Origin: Acidimicrobiia bacterium
Lineage (GTDB): Bacteria; Actinomycetota; Acidimicrobiia; Spongiisociales; Spongiisociaceae
Reading direction: 5' to 3'
Assembly (NCBI GenBank): GCA_041576165.1
Contig: JBFGLM010000013.1
Span: 1-64,000, forward strand
DNA: 64,000 bases
Part shown: in pieces, positions 8,806 to 18,064 of the stretch
Layout of the letters: each line of letters opens with the position of its first letter
How positions within the stretch are numbered: the stretch's first letter is position 1
The notes under the pieces: generated by a model
What the model saw: only the letters and a program-made list of their open reading frames with translations
Told to the model about the DNA's origin: nothing
Databases searched by the model: none
Translations under genes and position numbers: made by a program

Positions 8806-11613
8806 TTACTCGAGCCGCTCCTCGGGAGATTCCTCTGTGGGTCCGTTCTGGGCGGTCGGCACCCGGTACGCGTCCGGTGTGGGCTTGGTCGGGCGGGCGA
8901 ACCATTCCGGCCGGCGGAGGCCGCCCGGCCCGGGACCCGGTTTGGTCAGCCGCAGCCACTCACGGTAGATCTCGATCGATTTGCCGGTGTCCGCCACGAC
9001 ATCCCCATAGCGATCACCCGGCTCGGCATGCGACAGTCGAACACGCTGATGCCACGCGTGCATACCTGACACCGGATCCGGATGGGGCGGGAACGCGAGA
9101 TTCTGGTTGACGCCGGCGTCGGACCACCAGATACGCTCCGAGTCCGGGTCGTCCGAGGAGAAGGGCTCGATCCCCTTCTTCTGCCGGAGCCGCCAGCGGC
9201 CATTGTCCAGCTTCTCGACATCCACGAGCGCAGAAGACCAGCGCTCGTTGCCCTGCTCGTCAAACAGCCGCCACCGCCCCATGTGGTGAGATGCGGCGAC
9301 CACCCCGGGCCGGATGCCCTCCGTGCGCCAGATCCGCATCACGAAATAGCCGGAGTCTGTAGTGATGCGGATCAGGTCGCCGGTGTCGAAGCCCAGTTCG
9401 TCGGCGTCGCTGGGATGTACCCACAGCGGATGCCCGTGGCTGATCTCATATAGATACTTCGCATTGCCCGAGCGAGTGTGGATCAAGGTGGGGAGCCGGA
9501 AGATCGGCAGCAGGATCCGCTCGTTGCCGGCCAGATCGAGGTCGCGCCAGTACACGTGGGTGTGGAGGTACGTCGGGATCGCCTCATCGTGCCATCCCCA
9601 TTCGTGCATGGTGGGCGACCACCATTCCAGGCGCTTCGACGGCGACGCGAAACCCTTCATGGGCGTCCCGTCAACGTCGACCCCCGTCACGGCGCCGTCC
9701 TTGCGGGCGAAGCCGTCCATTCCCACGTTGTCCGCCTCGACGGACTGTTCGTGCACGTTGTAGACGTCGGTGGCGATCTCGACGGCTCCGTATTTGCGCA
9801 TGTATTCCAGCGGAGTGAGCCCCTCGGCCTCAGCTTTGTCCGGGAGACCCGGGACCGAACGCTCGAACATCCAGCCGTAGTATTCGTCGACCGAGATCGG
9901 TCGGCTCGGATCGTTCGGAGATTCGAACCATTGCTTGATGCCGAGCGAGCCGTCGGGGTCGACCCGCCATGAGAGGTCGATCCAGAACTCGGTCTCCTCC
10001 CATACCTCACCCGGGTTGGCCTCATATGTGCGCTGGAACACCTGCCCGTCCCGCTCGCCTGCTACCCGCAGGACCGGCTGGCGGAAGCCGAGCCACTGGG
10101 CGGCATGAGTTTCGTATGAATGGGTGTCGTGCCGCTCGCTTCCGACCCCCATGGGCAACACATAGTCGGCGTATTGCGCCGTCTCGGACCAGGTCGGCGT
10201 GAGCGCGACGTGGAGGCCGACTTTGTCCTCGTCGGTCAGCAGCTCGATCCAGGAGAACCCGTCGGGGTTGGTCCATACCGGGTTGTAGACGCGGGTGAAG
10301 TACACCTCGAGCCGCCCGCGTCCTTCCTGGATCAGATAAGGGAGCAGGAACGACATCTCGTGGTGCGCAAATGGGTATTCGGGCGGCCAGAGCAATTCGT
10401 TCCAGCGGCTGTGCGGCGGCGGCATGTTCCAGTGAGCAGGCTTGAACTTGCCCCAGGCGCTGGGCGAGGTGCCGCCTTTGGTCCCCACCGATCCGGTCAG
10501 TACGTGCAGGAGCCATAGGCAGCGGGCGGCTTGCCAGCCGCCGAGGTTCCCGGAGCCGGTCGACCGCCAGGTGTGAGAGGCGAAGCGAGTGCCGGCGTCC
10601 TGGATGCCGTCCACGACCGCAACGATTCGCTCGACAGGTACACCGCACTCTTCTGCCGCCCACTCGAGCGAGTAATCGTTGTACGTCTCCTTGAGTAGGT
10701 CGATGAAGGCCTCGAAGCGGATAGCGTCTGGGCGGGCATGGGCCATGACCTCTTCCCAGTTGACCCAGCGGCGGATGAAATCACGGTCGATGGCATCGCG
10801 CTGGAGCAGTTCCCGAGCGATTGCCAGGAACAACGCCGGCTCGGTGCCGGGCCAGGTCGATAGCCAAATGTCTGACATGGAGGCGGTGTTGGACAGGCGG
10901 GGATCGATTGTGGCCAGCTTCGCACCGGCCTGTTTGCCCTCGATGATCCGCTGGGCGTGGGGATTGAAGTAATGGCCCGTCTCGAGGTGACTTGACAGCA
11001 ACAGGATGAACTTGGCATTGGCGAAGTCCGCCGAGGGCCGGTCGTGTCCCATCCACAAGGCGTACCCGGTGCGGGCCCCGGCCGAGCAGATGTTGGTGTG
11101 GCTGTTGTGGCCGTCGACGCCCCAGGCGCGCAAGGTCCGCTCCATGAAACCATCCTCACCAGGACGGCCAACGTGGTACATGATCTCGTCGTGGCGATCC
11201 TCCTGGAGAGCAGTGCGCATCCGTTCCGCGATGTCGGCCAGCGCGTCCTCCCAGGAGACTCGTTCCCAGCCGCCGTCACCCCGGGAACCGGTCCGCTTGA
11301 GCGGGTAGAGGATGCGTTCGGGGTCATACATCTGGTTGAGGGTGGCGGGGCCTTTGGCGCAGTTGCGGCCCCGCGATCCGGGATGGGCCGGATTGCCCTC
11401 GAACTTGCGGACCTCGCCGGTGTCCCGATCAACGTAGGCCAGCAGCCCACAGGCCGACTCACAGTTGAAACACGTGGTCGGCACCAGTCGGTAGCGGTGC
11501 GCCACCTTGTCGGGCCAGGCGCGGGCGTCGTACTCCTCCCAATCGTCCCAGCGATCGGGCGGCGGATAATTGGTCAGCCCTTGAGGATGCAGCCTCGGAA
11601 TCTCAGTCGTCAT
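8806..11613 (-). CDS. Molybdopterin (bis-MGD) oxidoreductase catalytic subunit, DMSO-reductase family, no Tat signal
   Basis: TTCFNCESACG...RNCAKG Fe-S motif, HTNICS, IDPRLSNTA, ADYVLP, IHTRS; GGAGG RBS before ATG 11613. Confidence 0.92.
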   Translation of the reverse strand: MTTEIPRLHPQGLTNYPPPDRWDDWEEYDARAWPDKVAHRYRLVPTTCFNCESACGLLAYVDRDTGEVRKFEGNPAHPGSRGRNCAKGPATLNQMYDPERILYPLKRTGSRGDGGWERVSWEDALADIAERMRTALQEDRHDEIMYHVGRPGEDGFMERTLRAWGVDGHNSHTNICSAGARTGYALWMGHDRPSADFANAKFILLLSSHLETGHYFNPHAQRIIEGKQAGAKLATIDPRLSNTASMSDIWLSTWPGTEPALFLAIARELLQRDAIDRDFIRRWVNWEEVMAHARPDAIRFEAFIDLLKETYNDYSLEWAAEECGVPVERIVAVVDGIQDAGTRFASHTWRSTGSGNLGGWQAARCLWLLHVLTGSVGTKGGTSPSAWGKFKPAHWNMPPPHSRWNELLWPPEYPFAHHEMSFLLPYLIQEGRGRLEVYFTRVYNPVWTNPDGFSWIELLTDEDKVGLHVALTPTWSETAQYADYVLPMGVGSERHDTHSYETHAAQWLGFRQPVLRVAGERDGQVFQRTYEANPGEVWEETEFWIDLSWRVDPDGSLGIKQWFESPNDPSRPISVDEYYGWMFERSVPGLPDKAEAEGLTPLEYMRKYGAVEIATDVYNVHEQSVEADNVGMDGFARKDGAVTGVDVDGTPMKGFASPSKRLEWWSPTMHEWGWHDEAIPTYLHTHVYWRDLDLAGNERILLPIFRLPTLIHTRSGNAKYLYEISHGHPLWVHPSDADELGFDTGDLIRITTDSGYFVMRIWRTEGIRPGVVAASHHMGRWRLFDEQGNERWSSALVDVEKLDNGRWRLRQKKGIEPFSSDDPDSERIWWSDAGVNQNLAFPPHPDPVSGMHAWHQRVRLSHAEPGDRYGDVVADTGKSIEIYREWLRLTKPGPGPGGLRRPEWFARPTKPTPDAYRVPTAQNGPTEESPEERLE

Positions 11614-11723
11614 TTCCGGCCTGCCTCCGTTTCTCGACTTCGTCGCAGCGCACGAGGAGGGGTCACGTACGGCGGCCGGGCACCCAGCGCACCACCCGCT
11701 CCCCCAGCCGCGCCGACCCTCAT
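11610..11723 (-). CDS. Possible 37-aa linker ORF coupled at both ends
   Basis: ATGA overlap with the NrfD-fusion stop and ATGA overlap with the Mo-subunit start. Confidence 0.3.
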   Translation of the reverse strand: MRVGAAGGAGGALGARPPYVTPPRALRRSRETEAGRK

Positions 11724-13324
11724 GAGAGCGGCACCGCCTGCCCCGCCCGCACCAAGGCATCGTCGGCGAACCAGATGCCCGCCATCGCAGCAAGACCACC
11801 CAACGAGGCAAGTGCGTCCTGGCCAGTCGCCAGGCTCACCCACCCGGCGGCAATGGGAACCGTCACCCCGAGCAACTGGCCGCCCACCCACCAGCGGAGG
11901 GCAAAGTGGCCCCGGGTGAGGTGATGCATGGCCGCCTCGACATTGCGAGTCGGGTGCCGGCTGAGCAGGTCTCCCAGCGCCAGCAACCCGAGCGCAGCGG
12001 CTCCGCCGATCATGGCCCAGACAAACGCCTCGAATCCGTCTGGGCTGATCACCCGCCGTGTGACCGCCCCCGAACCGGCGTCGTACAAGATGGTGCTGAA
12101 CACTGCCGCTGCACCACCGCCGACTGCGAATGCTCCCGCCAGCATGTGCCACAGAAGCATCGGGCTCTGCCACAGGTCCCGCGCCTCTGCCTGGCCGAAG
12201 AGAAACGCCGTATATCCGGCAGTGGCCAGCGCCAGCGGCACTCCGACCGACAGCATGACCTTCACGAGGCCGACGTTGCCCATCAGCCCGGCGACAAACC
12301 AGATACCCAGCACAGCCGCGTAGGCGCCGAGGATCCACGCACCCCGCACCAGCCACGAGCCGGGGTTCCCCTTGGTCAGGAGGTAGTAGAACCGGTCGGG
12401 TCGCTTGAGGTCGGCCACCAGCAGCGCCCCGGTCGCGAGCAGGAAGATGCCGGCGATGAGCGGAGTGCCCCAGCGGGCCCAGTTGGTCTGCATGTCTGCT
12501 CCCGCCCACCAGGCCAGCGCCAGCGCCAGCACCAGGCCCGCCGAGATACCCTTCGTGAGGAAGTAGCTCGACACCCGCCAACCCCAAGGGGCCGGATGGT
12601 CGGTGTTGTAGGTCACCCGGGGCGGCTCGTGATCGCGGCGCAGCGTCCCCGGCCCGGCCGCCGGCCGGTCCCCGTTGGGGGGAGTGAGATCGACTGCCAG
12701 CCATGACGAGCCGGGCTCCGTGTCGCGCCAGATTCCGCCGCCGTCTCCCAGCGTCGTGGCGGCGAGCGGGTCGAGGTTGGCTGCCTCAGCGCCCTTGTAC
12801 CACAGGTTGGGTGCCGTTCCCTGCTCGGGCGCCCGCTGGAACAGCGTGTCGGTCGCAACCATGTGTGAGATGACGGTGGTCGGGTCGTGCAGGTCCCCGG
12901 CAATGATTGCTTGTTCCGGACATACGACGACACAGGCCGGCTCGATCCCAACCTCCACCCGATGGGCGCAGTAGTTGCACTTTTGCGCAGTGTGCTCGTC
13001 CGGGTCGATGTACAACGCATCGTACGGGCAGGCCTGCATACAGCTCTTGCACCCGATACAGCGATCCGTGTCGAAATCGACAATGCCGTCCTTGCGGGTG
13101 TAGAGCGCCTTGGTGGGGCAGATCGCCACACAGGGGGCGTTGGAACAGTGGTTGCAGCGCATCACCGAAAAGAAGCGCTTCGTGTCGGGCCATTCACCCT
13201 TCTCGACGTACTTGACCCAAGTTCGGTTGACCCCGAGGGCCACGTTGTGTTCCGTCTTGCAGGCGACTGTGCAGGCGTGGCAACCGATGCACTTCGTCTG
13301 ATCGATCACGAATCCGTACTGCAC
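11720..13324 (-). CDS. 4Fe-4S dicluster (DmsB/NrfC-like) fused to an NrfD/PsrC-like membrane anchor
   Basis: CIGCHACTVAC, CNHCSNAPCVAICP, CIGCKSCMQACP, KCNYC...PACVVVCP; hydrophobic C-terminal half with DLKRPDRF and SWLVRG; AGGAG RBS before GTG 13324. Confidence 0.92.
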   Translation of the reverse strand: MQYGFVIDQTKCIGCHACTVACKTEHNVALGVNRTWVKYVEKGEWPDTKRFFSVMRCNHCSNAPCVAICPTKALYTRKDGIVDFDTDRCIGCKSCMQACPYDALYIDPDEHTAQKCNYCAHRVEVGIEPACVVVCPEQAIIAGDLHDPTTVISHMVATDTLFQRAPEQGTAPNLWYKGAEAANLDPLAATTLGDGGGIWRDTEPGSSWLAVDLTPPNGDRPAAGPGTLRRDHEPPRVTYNTDHPAPWGWRVSSYFLTKGISAGLVLALALAWWAGADMQTNWARWGTPLIAGIFLLATGALLVADLKRPDRFYYLLTKGNPGSWLVRGAWILGAYAAVLGIWFVAGLMGNVGLVKVMLSVGVPLALATAGYTAFLFGQAEARDLWQSPMLLWHMLAGAFAVGGGAAAVFSTILYDAGSGAVTRRVISPDGFEAFVWAMIGGAAALGLLALGDLLSRHPTRNVEAAMHHLTRGHFALRWWVGGQLLGVTVPIAAGWVSLATGQDALASLGGLAAMAGIWFADDALVRAGQAVPLS

Positions 13325-13418
13325 ACCGCTCCTCACCCGACCGTGCGACTACGAGCAACCTCGTGGAACGTACTCACGCCCGTCACCGCGCATTCTCGAT
13401 TCTGACACAGCACAATGC

Positions 13419-13435
13419 AAAAGTCCGTACAAATT
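13419..13435. promoter_or_regulatory. AT-flanked GTCCGTAC operator-like site, copy 1
   Basis: AAAAGTCCGTACAAATT in the divergent intergenic region; same core recurs inverted at 14511. Confidence 0.45.
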
Positions 13436-13652
13436 CGTAGACGGCTCCATACAATACTGACAAACACATTTCGGAGCAGCACGTGAGCGATACCGCCAAT
13501 CCCCGCTGGACCCTGGTCAAGCGATCACGATGCGTGGCGACGCCTCCAGTGCGGCTTCGGCAAACATGCCGGTCGGACCGGAACCGCGCCCAACTGACCC
13601 GCACGCTGCCCCACCGGCGCGCGAGCATGGAGCTGGCGACGGAGGTGTACTG

Positions 13653-14450
13653 ATGCGCCGGATCGTGCTGGTGGTGATCCTTGTCCTGGCTGCCTGCGGG
13701 CAAGGCGAGTCGGTGGAGGTCCGACCGTTTGAGGAGATCCAGGCGTCGGATGTCACCTTTGAGAACGATCCGACCTTCCCCGGGAGGGCCATCATGCGCG
13801 TGACCACCACCGAACCGGCCATCTGCGCGATCGTCTGGGGCGAGGCCGAGACGCTCGGTCAGATGAACAACAGCCTCAACATGAACGGCACCGGGATAAT
13901 CCAGCACGATGTGTTGCTGCCCGGTGCCGAAGCCGGGCAAACGTACTTCTACCGGCTGCAAGGATCCACCGCCGACGGCACTCTGTTCCAGTCCGATCTC
14001 ATGACGTTCACGCTGCCCGCGGCCGACCCGGCGGCGCAAGCTGATGCTCCCGGCGGGGCCAATCTTGCCCTCGAGGCGACGATCACCGACGTCAGCAGCG
14101 AATTCTCGGACTCATGGGCCGCCGCCAACGCCATCGATGGCGACCTAGCCACCGAATGGTCGACGGCAGGCGACGGAGATGAGGGATACATCGTCGTGGA
14201 CCTCGGTCGATCGCACACGGTCGCCGTGCTCGAATTCATGACCCGGACGATGGCCGACGGCTCTGCCACCACAACCACCTATACAGTGACCGTTGATGGC
14301 AGCGATCCGCTCGGCCCCTTCGACGCAGGCAATCCCGCCGACCGCAAACTGGTGCCCGTATCGGTCACAGGCCGCGTATTCCGCTTCGACGTCCAGGATT
14401 CGACCGGCGGCAACACGGGCGCCATCGAGATCGGTATCTACGAGCAATGA
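13653..14450 (+). CDS. Lipoprotein with a C-terminal discoidin (F5/8 type C) domain
   Basis: GGAGG RBS; lipobox LAAC; NLALEA...SSEF...NAIDGDLATEWST...VDLG...EIGIY. Confidence 0.85.
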   Translation: MRRIVLVVILVLAACGQGESVEVRPFEEIQASDVTFENDPTFPGRAIMRVTTTEPAICAIVWGEAETLGQMNNSLNMNGTGIIQHDVLLPGAEAGQTYFYRLQGSTADGTLFQSDLMTFTLPAADPAAQADAPGGANLALEATITDVSSEFSDSWAAANAIDGDLATEWSTAGDGDEGYIVVDLGRSHTVAVLEFMTRTMADGSATTTTYTVTVDGSDPLGPFDAGNPADRKLVPVSVTGRVFRFDVQDSTGGNTGAIEIGIYEQ

Positions 14451-14504
14451 GGCCGCTCTACTCTCCCGAAAGGGGCCGCCCCGGCACAAGCCTGTTCAAG
14501 TCGA

Positions 14505-14526
14505 TAGAATAAAAGTACGGACATTT
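14505..14526 (+). promoter_or_regulatory. -10 box (TAGAAT) followed by operator-like site, copy 2
   Basis: TAGAAT-AAAAGTACGGACATTT upstream of the MBL-rhodanese gene. Confidence 0.5.
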
Positions 14527-14560
14527 AGGCAGGAGCAACGACGCAGGCGAGGAGCGCTCG

Positions 14561-15901
14561 ATGAAGATCACCAACATTCGAACACCGGGTTTGGGCGACG
14601 CCACCTACATCCTGTCCCACGAAGGCGTATCGGTGATCGTCGATCCGCAGCGGGATGTGGAGCGCTTCCTGGCAGCCACTGAGGACACGATCGTGCGGAT
14701 GGTCCTCGAGACCCATCTGCACAACGACTACGTGTCCGGAGGCCGGGATGCCGCCCGCCGGACCGGCGCCGAGTTGATCGTGCCGGCCGCGGCTGCCCCG
14801 GCGTATCGGCATACCCCGGCCTTTCATCTGGAGGACATCGCAGCCGGCCCTTTCATCGTGCGCCCGATCCACACGCCCGGGCACACCCCAGAACACACGT
14901 CGTATCTCATCGTCGTGGACGGTGAACCGCTGGCACTCTTCAGCGGCGGATCGTTGCTCGTGGGCTCGGCCGGCCGCCCCGATTTGCTCGGCACAGAGCG
15001 AGCCGACTCACTGGCGCGGCTCCAGTACATCTCGGTCACCCGCCTGGCCGAGCTGCCCGACGAGGTCGAACTACTCCCGACCCACGGCGAGGGTTCGTTC
15101 TGCACCGTGTCCGGCGCCGGCCGCACCACATCCACCATCGGCGAAGAGAAAAAGAGCAACCCTGTGCTGCATTTCGCCGACGCCGAAGCGTTTGTCAAAG
15201 CGCAACTCGCCGAATTGCAACCGTATCCCACCTACTACCGGCACATGGGGCCCGCCAACTTGATGGGTTTTGCACCAATGCCCGCGACAGGCCCCGAGCA
15301 GGTCAGCATCGATGAACTGGATGCGCTGGCGGATGTCACGCTGATCGACATCCGCCCCAAGCAAGAGTATGCCGACGCTCATATTCCCGGCTCGATCGGA
15401 CTGGAGATGGGCGACCAGGTCGGTGTGTGGGCCGGCTGGCTGCTTCCCCACGACGCGCACATCGTGCTGATCGCGAATCACGATCAGGACGTCGAGGAGG
15501 CGGCTGCCCAGTTCGCTCGGATCGGCATGGACGGGCTCATTGGAGTCCACTACGGGATCGGCGATTGGACGGCGGCCGGCCGCCCCACCGCCGGCCATGG
15601 CACAGTGGACGTTGAAGGCTTCGTCGAGGCGTACCGGCGGGGCGAAGTAACCAACCTGCTCGATGTGCGTGCGCCCAGTGAGTTCGAAGCCGGCAGCCTG
15701 GACGGAGCTATCTGGCGGTATCTGCCGGACCTGGCACAGAATATGCCGGACGGCCTCGATGGAGCGCATCCTGTCTGGGTAGCGTGCGCGAGCGGCTACC
15801 GCGCCAACGCCGCCGTTCGGTTCATCGAACAGGCCGGCTACGAAGCAGTGGTGCTGATCGGCGGTGGGATCCCCAACGTTCTCGCCGCACTACAGCGTTG
15901 A
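14561..15901 (+). CDS. MBL-fold hydrolase / persulfide dioxygenase-like domain fused to two rhodanese domains (CstB-like architecture)
   Basis: ETHLHNDYVSG, HTPGHTPEH, PTHGEGSFC, DIRP...HIPGS, DVR...CASGYRA. Confidence 0.88.
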   Translation: MKITNIRTPGLGDATYILSHEGVSVIVDPQRDVERFLAATEDTIVRMVLETHLHNDYVSGGRDAARRTGAELIVPAAAAPAYRHTPAFHLEDIAAGPFIVRPIHTPGHTPEHTSYLIVVDGEPLALFSGGSLLVGSAGRPDLLGTERADSLARLQYISVTRLAELPDEVELLPTHGEGSFCTVSGAGRTTSTIGEEKKSNPVLHFADAEAFVKAQLAELQPYPTYYRHMGPANLMGFAPMPATGPEQVSIDELDALADVTLIDIRPKQEYADAHIPGSIGLEMGDQVGVWAGWLLPHDAHIVLIANHDQDVEEAAAQFARIGMDGLIGVHYGIGDWTAAGRPTAGHGTVDVEGFVEAYRRGEVTNLLDVRAPSEFEAGSLDGAIWRYLPDLAQNMPDGLDGAHPVWVACASGYRANAAVRFIEQAGYEAVVLIGGGIPNVLAALQR

Positions 15902-16049
15902 GCTCAACCCCACCCGGCGCGTCGCCGGTGATCTCGGTTTGTGCCCTCGCCCGCCCGAGGGTGGGCATTTCCTGTCCGGAACGCCGAACGCACGCCGGGG
16001 GTGGCAAGCCCCGAAGCGTGACATATTGCACTCCGCCCGGCTGCCGACC

Positions 16050-17555
16050 ATGACGCGCTCTGCGAAGTACCGGTTTGGGTTCCATGACGTGGTCGCCGGA
16101 GTCAGCGTGGCCCTGGTGGTCATCCCCCAAAGCTTGGCGTATGCCGAGATCGCCGGTATGCCGCCCTACACCGGCCTGTACGCGGCGGCCCTACCGGCGA
16201 TTGCCGCGGCTCCGCTGGCGTCGTCCCGCTACCTACAGACCGGTCCTGTGGCCATGACGGCCCTGCTGTCGTTCGGAGCACTGTCGGCGATCGCCGAACC
16301 CGCCACCGACGAGTACGTCGGACTCGCCATGCTGCTCGCGATCGTCGTGGGCGTGGCCCGGTTGGCGCTGGGAGCCGTGAAGGGCGGAATGATCACGAAC
16401 TACATGTCGCCCTCCGTGGTGCTCGGCTTCACCACTGCGGCCACGCTGCTGATCGTCGCCTCGCAGAGTGCCCTAGTTGTGGGCCTACCCGATCCCGATT
16501 CCGATCTGATGCGGCGGGCGGTGGACGTGGTCGCCAACCCGGGCACGTGGAACTGGGAGGCGCTGGCGCTGAGTGTGGTCGTGGCGATTGTCATCATCGG
16601 CGGGCGCCGCGTCCACCCACTGTTCCCGGGGGTCTTGCTGGCAGTGGTTGTCGGCATCGCCGTCTCGGCCGCCACCAGCTACTCGGGAGAGCTGGTCGGT
16701 CAGATCCCGGCTGGATTCCCCCCGTTCTCCCTGTCCTTGCCGTGGAGCCGGATCCCGGAGCTGGTGGTCCCCGGCATCATCATCGCCGCGGTTGGCTTCG
16801 CCGAGCCGACCGCCATCGCCCGCACAATGGCGGTGCACGACCGGGAGCGATGGGATGCATCCCGGGAGCTGATCAGCCAGGGCTTAGCCAACGTCGCCAG
16901 CGGCATATCCGGCGGATTCCCGGTCGGGGGGTCCTTTTCCCGCAGCTCGATCAACCGGGTAGCTGGAGCGAGGTCGCCGTGGGCGGGCGCCGTGACCGGG
17001 CTGGCGGTGCTGGCATTCATGCCCTTCGCCGGTGTGCTGGCCGAGCTCCCGCTGGCCGTATTGGGTGGCATTGTCATCGTGGCGGTGTTCGGGCTGATCC
17101 GGATCCCCGATATGGTGCGTCTGGCCCGCGTGTCGTGGGGTCAGGCCTTCGTGGCCTGGTCGACTGCGGCAGCCACCATCCTGCTGTCACCCAGGGTGGA
17201 CCTGGCAGTCCTCTTTGGAGTTCTGGTCGCTGCCGGCGTCCACATCTATCGGGAGTCGTCACGCACCCGGGTGGTCACCAACTTCAAGGAGCCCGAACTC
17301 GAGATCCGGCTCGGCGGCGTCCTGTTTTACGCCTCGGTCGGTGCGCTGGAAGAGGCGCTGACTGAGCAGGTAGCGGCGAACCCCACCGTTGAACGCTTGG
17401 TACTGGACCTGGGCCGGCTCGGTCGCATCGATCACTCGGGGGTCATGATGCTCCGGACCTTCGTGAACGAGGCGCGCCTGGCCGGCCTCGAGGTGCGGGT
17501 GGCGAACATCCCCAGCCATGCTCAGGGGATATTTCAGCGGGTCGGCGGAATCTGA
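16050..17555 (+). CDS. SulP family anion transporter with STAS domain
   Basis: AGVSVALVVIPQSLAYAEIAG, TGPVA, GGSFSRS, C-terminal LDL...IDHSG. Confidence 0.93.
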   Translation: MTRSAKYRFGFHDVVAGVSVALVVIPQSLAYAEIAGMPPYTGLYAAALPAIAAAPLASSRYLQTGPVAMTALLSFGALSAIAEPATDEYVGLAMLLAIVVGVARLALGAVKGGMITNYMSPSVVLGFTTAATLLIVASQSALVVGLPDPDSDLMRRAVDVVANPGTWNWEALALSVVVAIVIIGGRRVHPLFPGVLLAVVVGIAVSAATSYSGELVGQIPAGFPPFSLSLPWSRIPELVVPGIIIAAVGFAEPTAIARTMAVHDRERWDASRELISQGLANVASGISGGFPVGGSFSRSSINRVAGARSPWAGAVTGLAVLAFMPFAGVLAELPLAVLGGIVIVAVFGLIRIPDMVRLARVSWGQAFVAWSTAAATILLSPRVDLAVLFGVLVAAGVHIYRESSRTRVVTNFKEPELEIRLGGVLFYASVGALEEALTEQVAANPTVERLVLDLGRLGRIDHSGVMMLRTFVNEARLAGLEVRVANIPSHAQGIFQRVGGI

Positions 17556-17583
17556 GTGGCCGGCGCCTCCCGGGCACGAGTTT

Positions 17584-17619
17584 GAGCTGTGCCCCGGCGG
17601 AGGCACCGGGGCACAGCTC
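17584..17619. terminator. Perfect 14-bp hairpin, probable bidirectional terminator
   Basis: GAGCTGTGCCCCGG-cggaggca-CCGGGGCACAGCTC downstream of sulP. Confidence 0.75.
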
Positions 17620-18064
17620 GATGACGTCCGGCTAGGACCCCGACGCGCCTGAGCGCATCACCCAGGAATAGCGATACACAAGGTGATGCGTCATTGAGAT
17701 CCGTCCTCGTTGGTGTGACGGACGGATGAGAGGACGGCCCGGCTCGCCGAGATCCGTGATTGCGCGGACGCCGCGACCAGGGGACCGAACGTGCCAACAG
17801 GCCAGGTAGTACGCCCCATCAGTGACGGATTCCGTGAGTTCGAGAACTCAGGGAAGCAGGGCGACAACACGCCTGCGACGGCAGGGCCAAAGGCCACACA
17901 CCAGTGCAGCACCGATCCGCACGACACGCGCCGTGCAGATGGTTCGGTAGTGGTTTTCGACTCTTCGACCACGGGATGCCCCCTGACCTACTTGGAAGAT
18001 CGACGGGTGTCAGCGGGGCCTTGAGGAAATTCTCACCAAATCCAGAAAGAGTTTGCGGCCGCGT

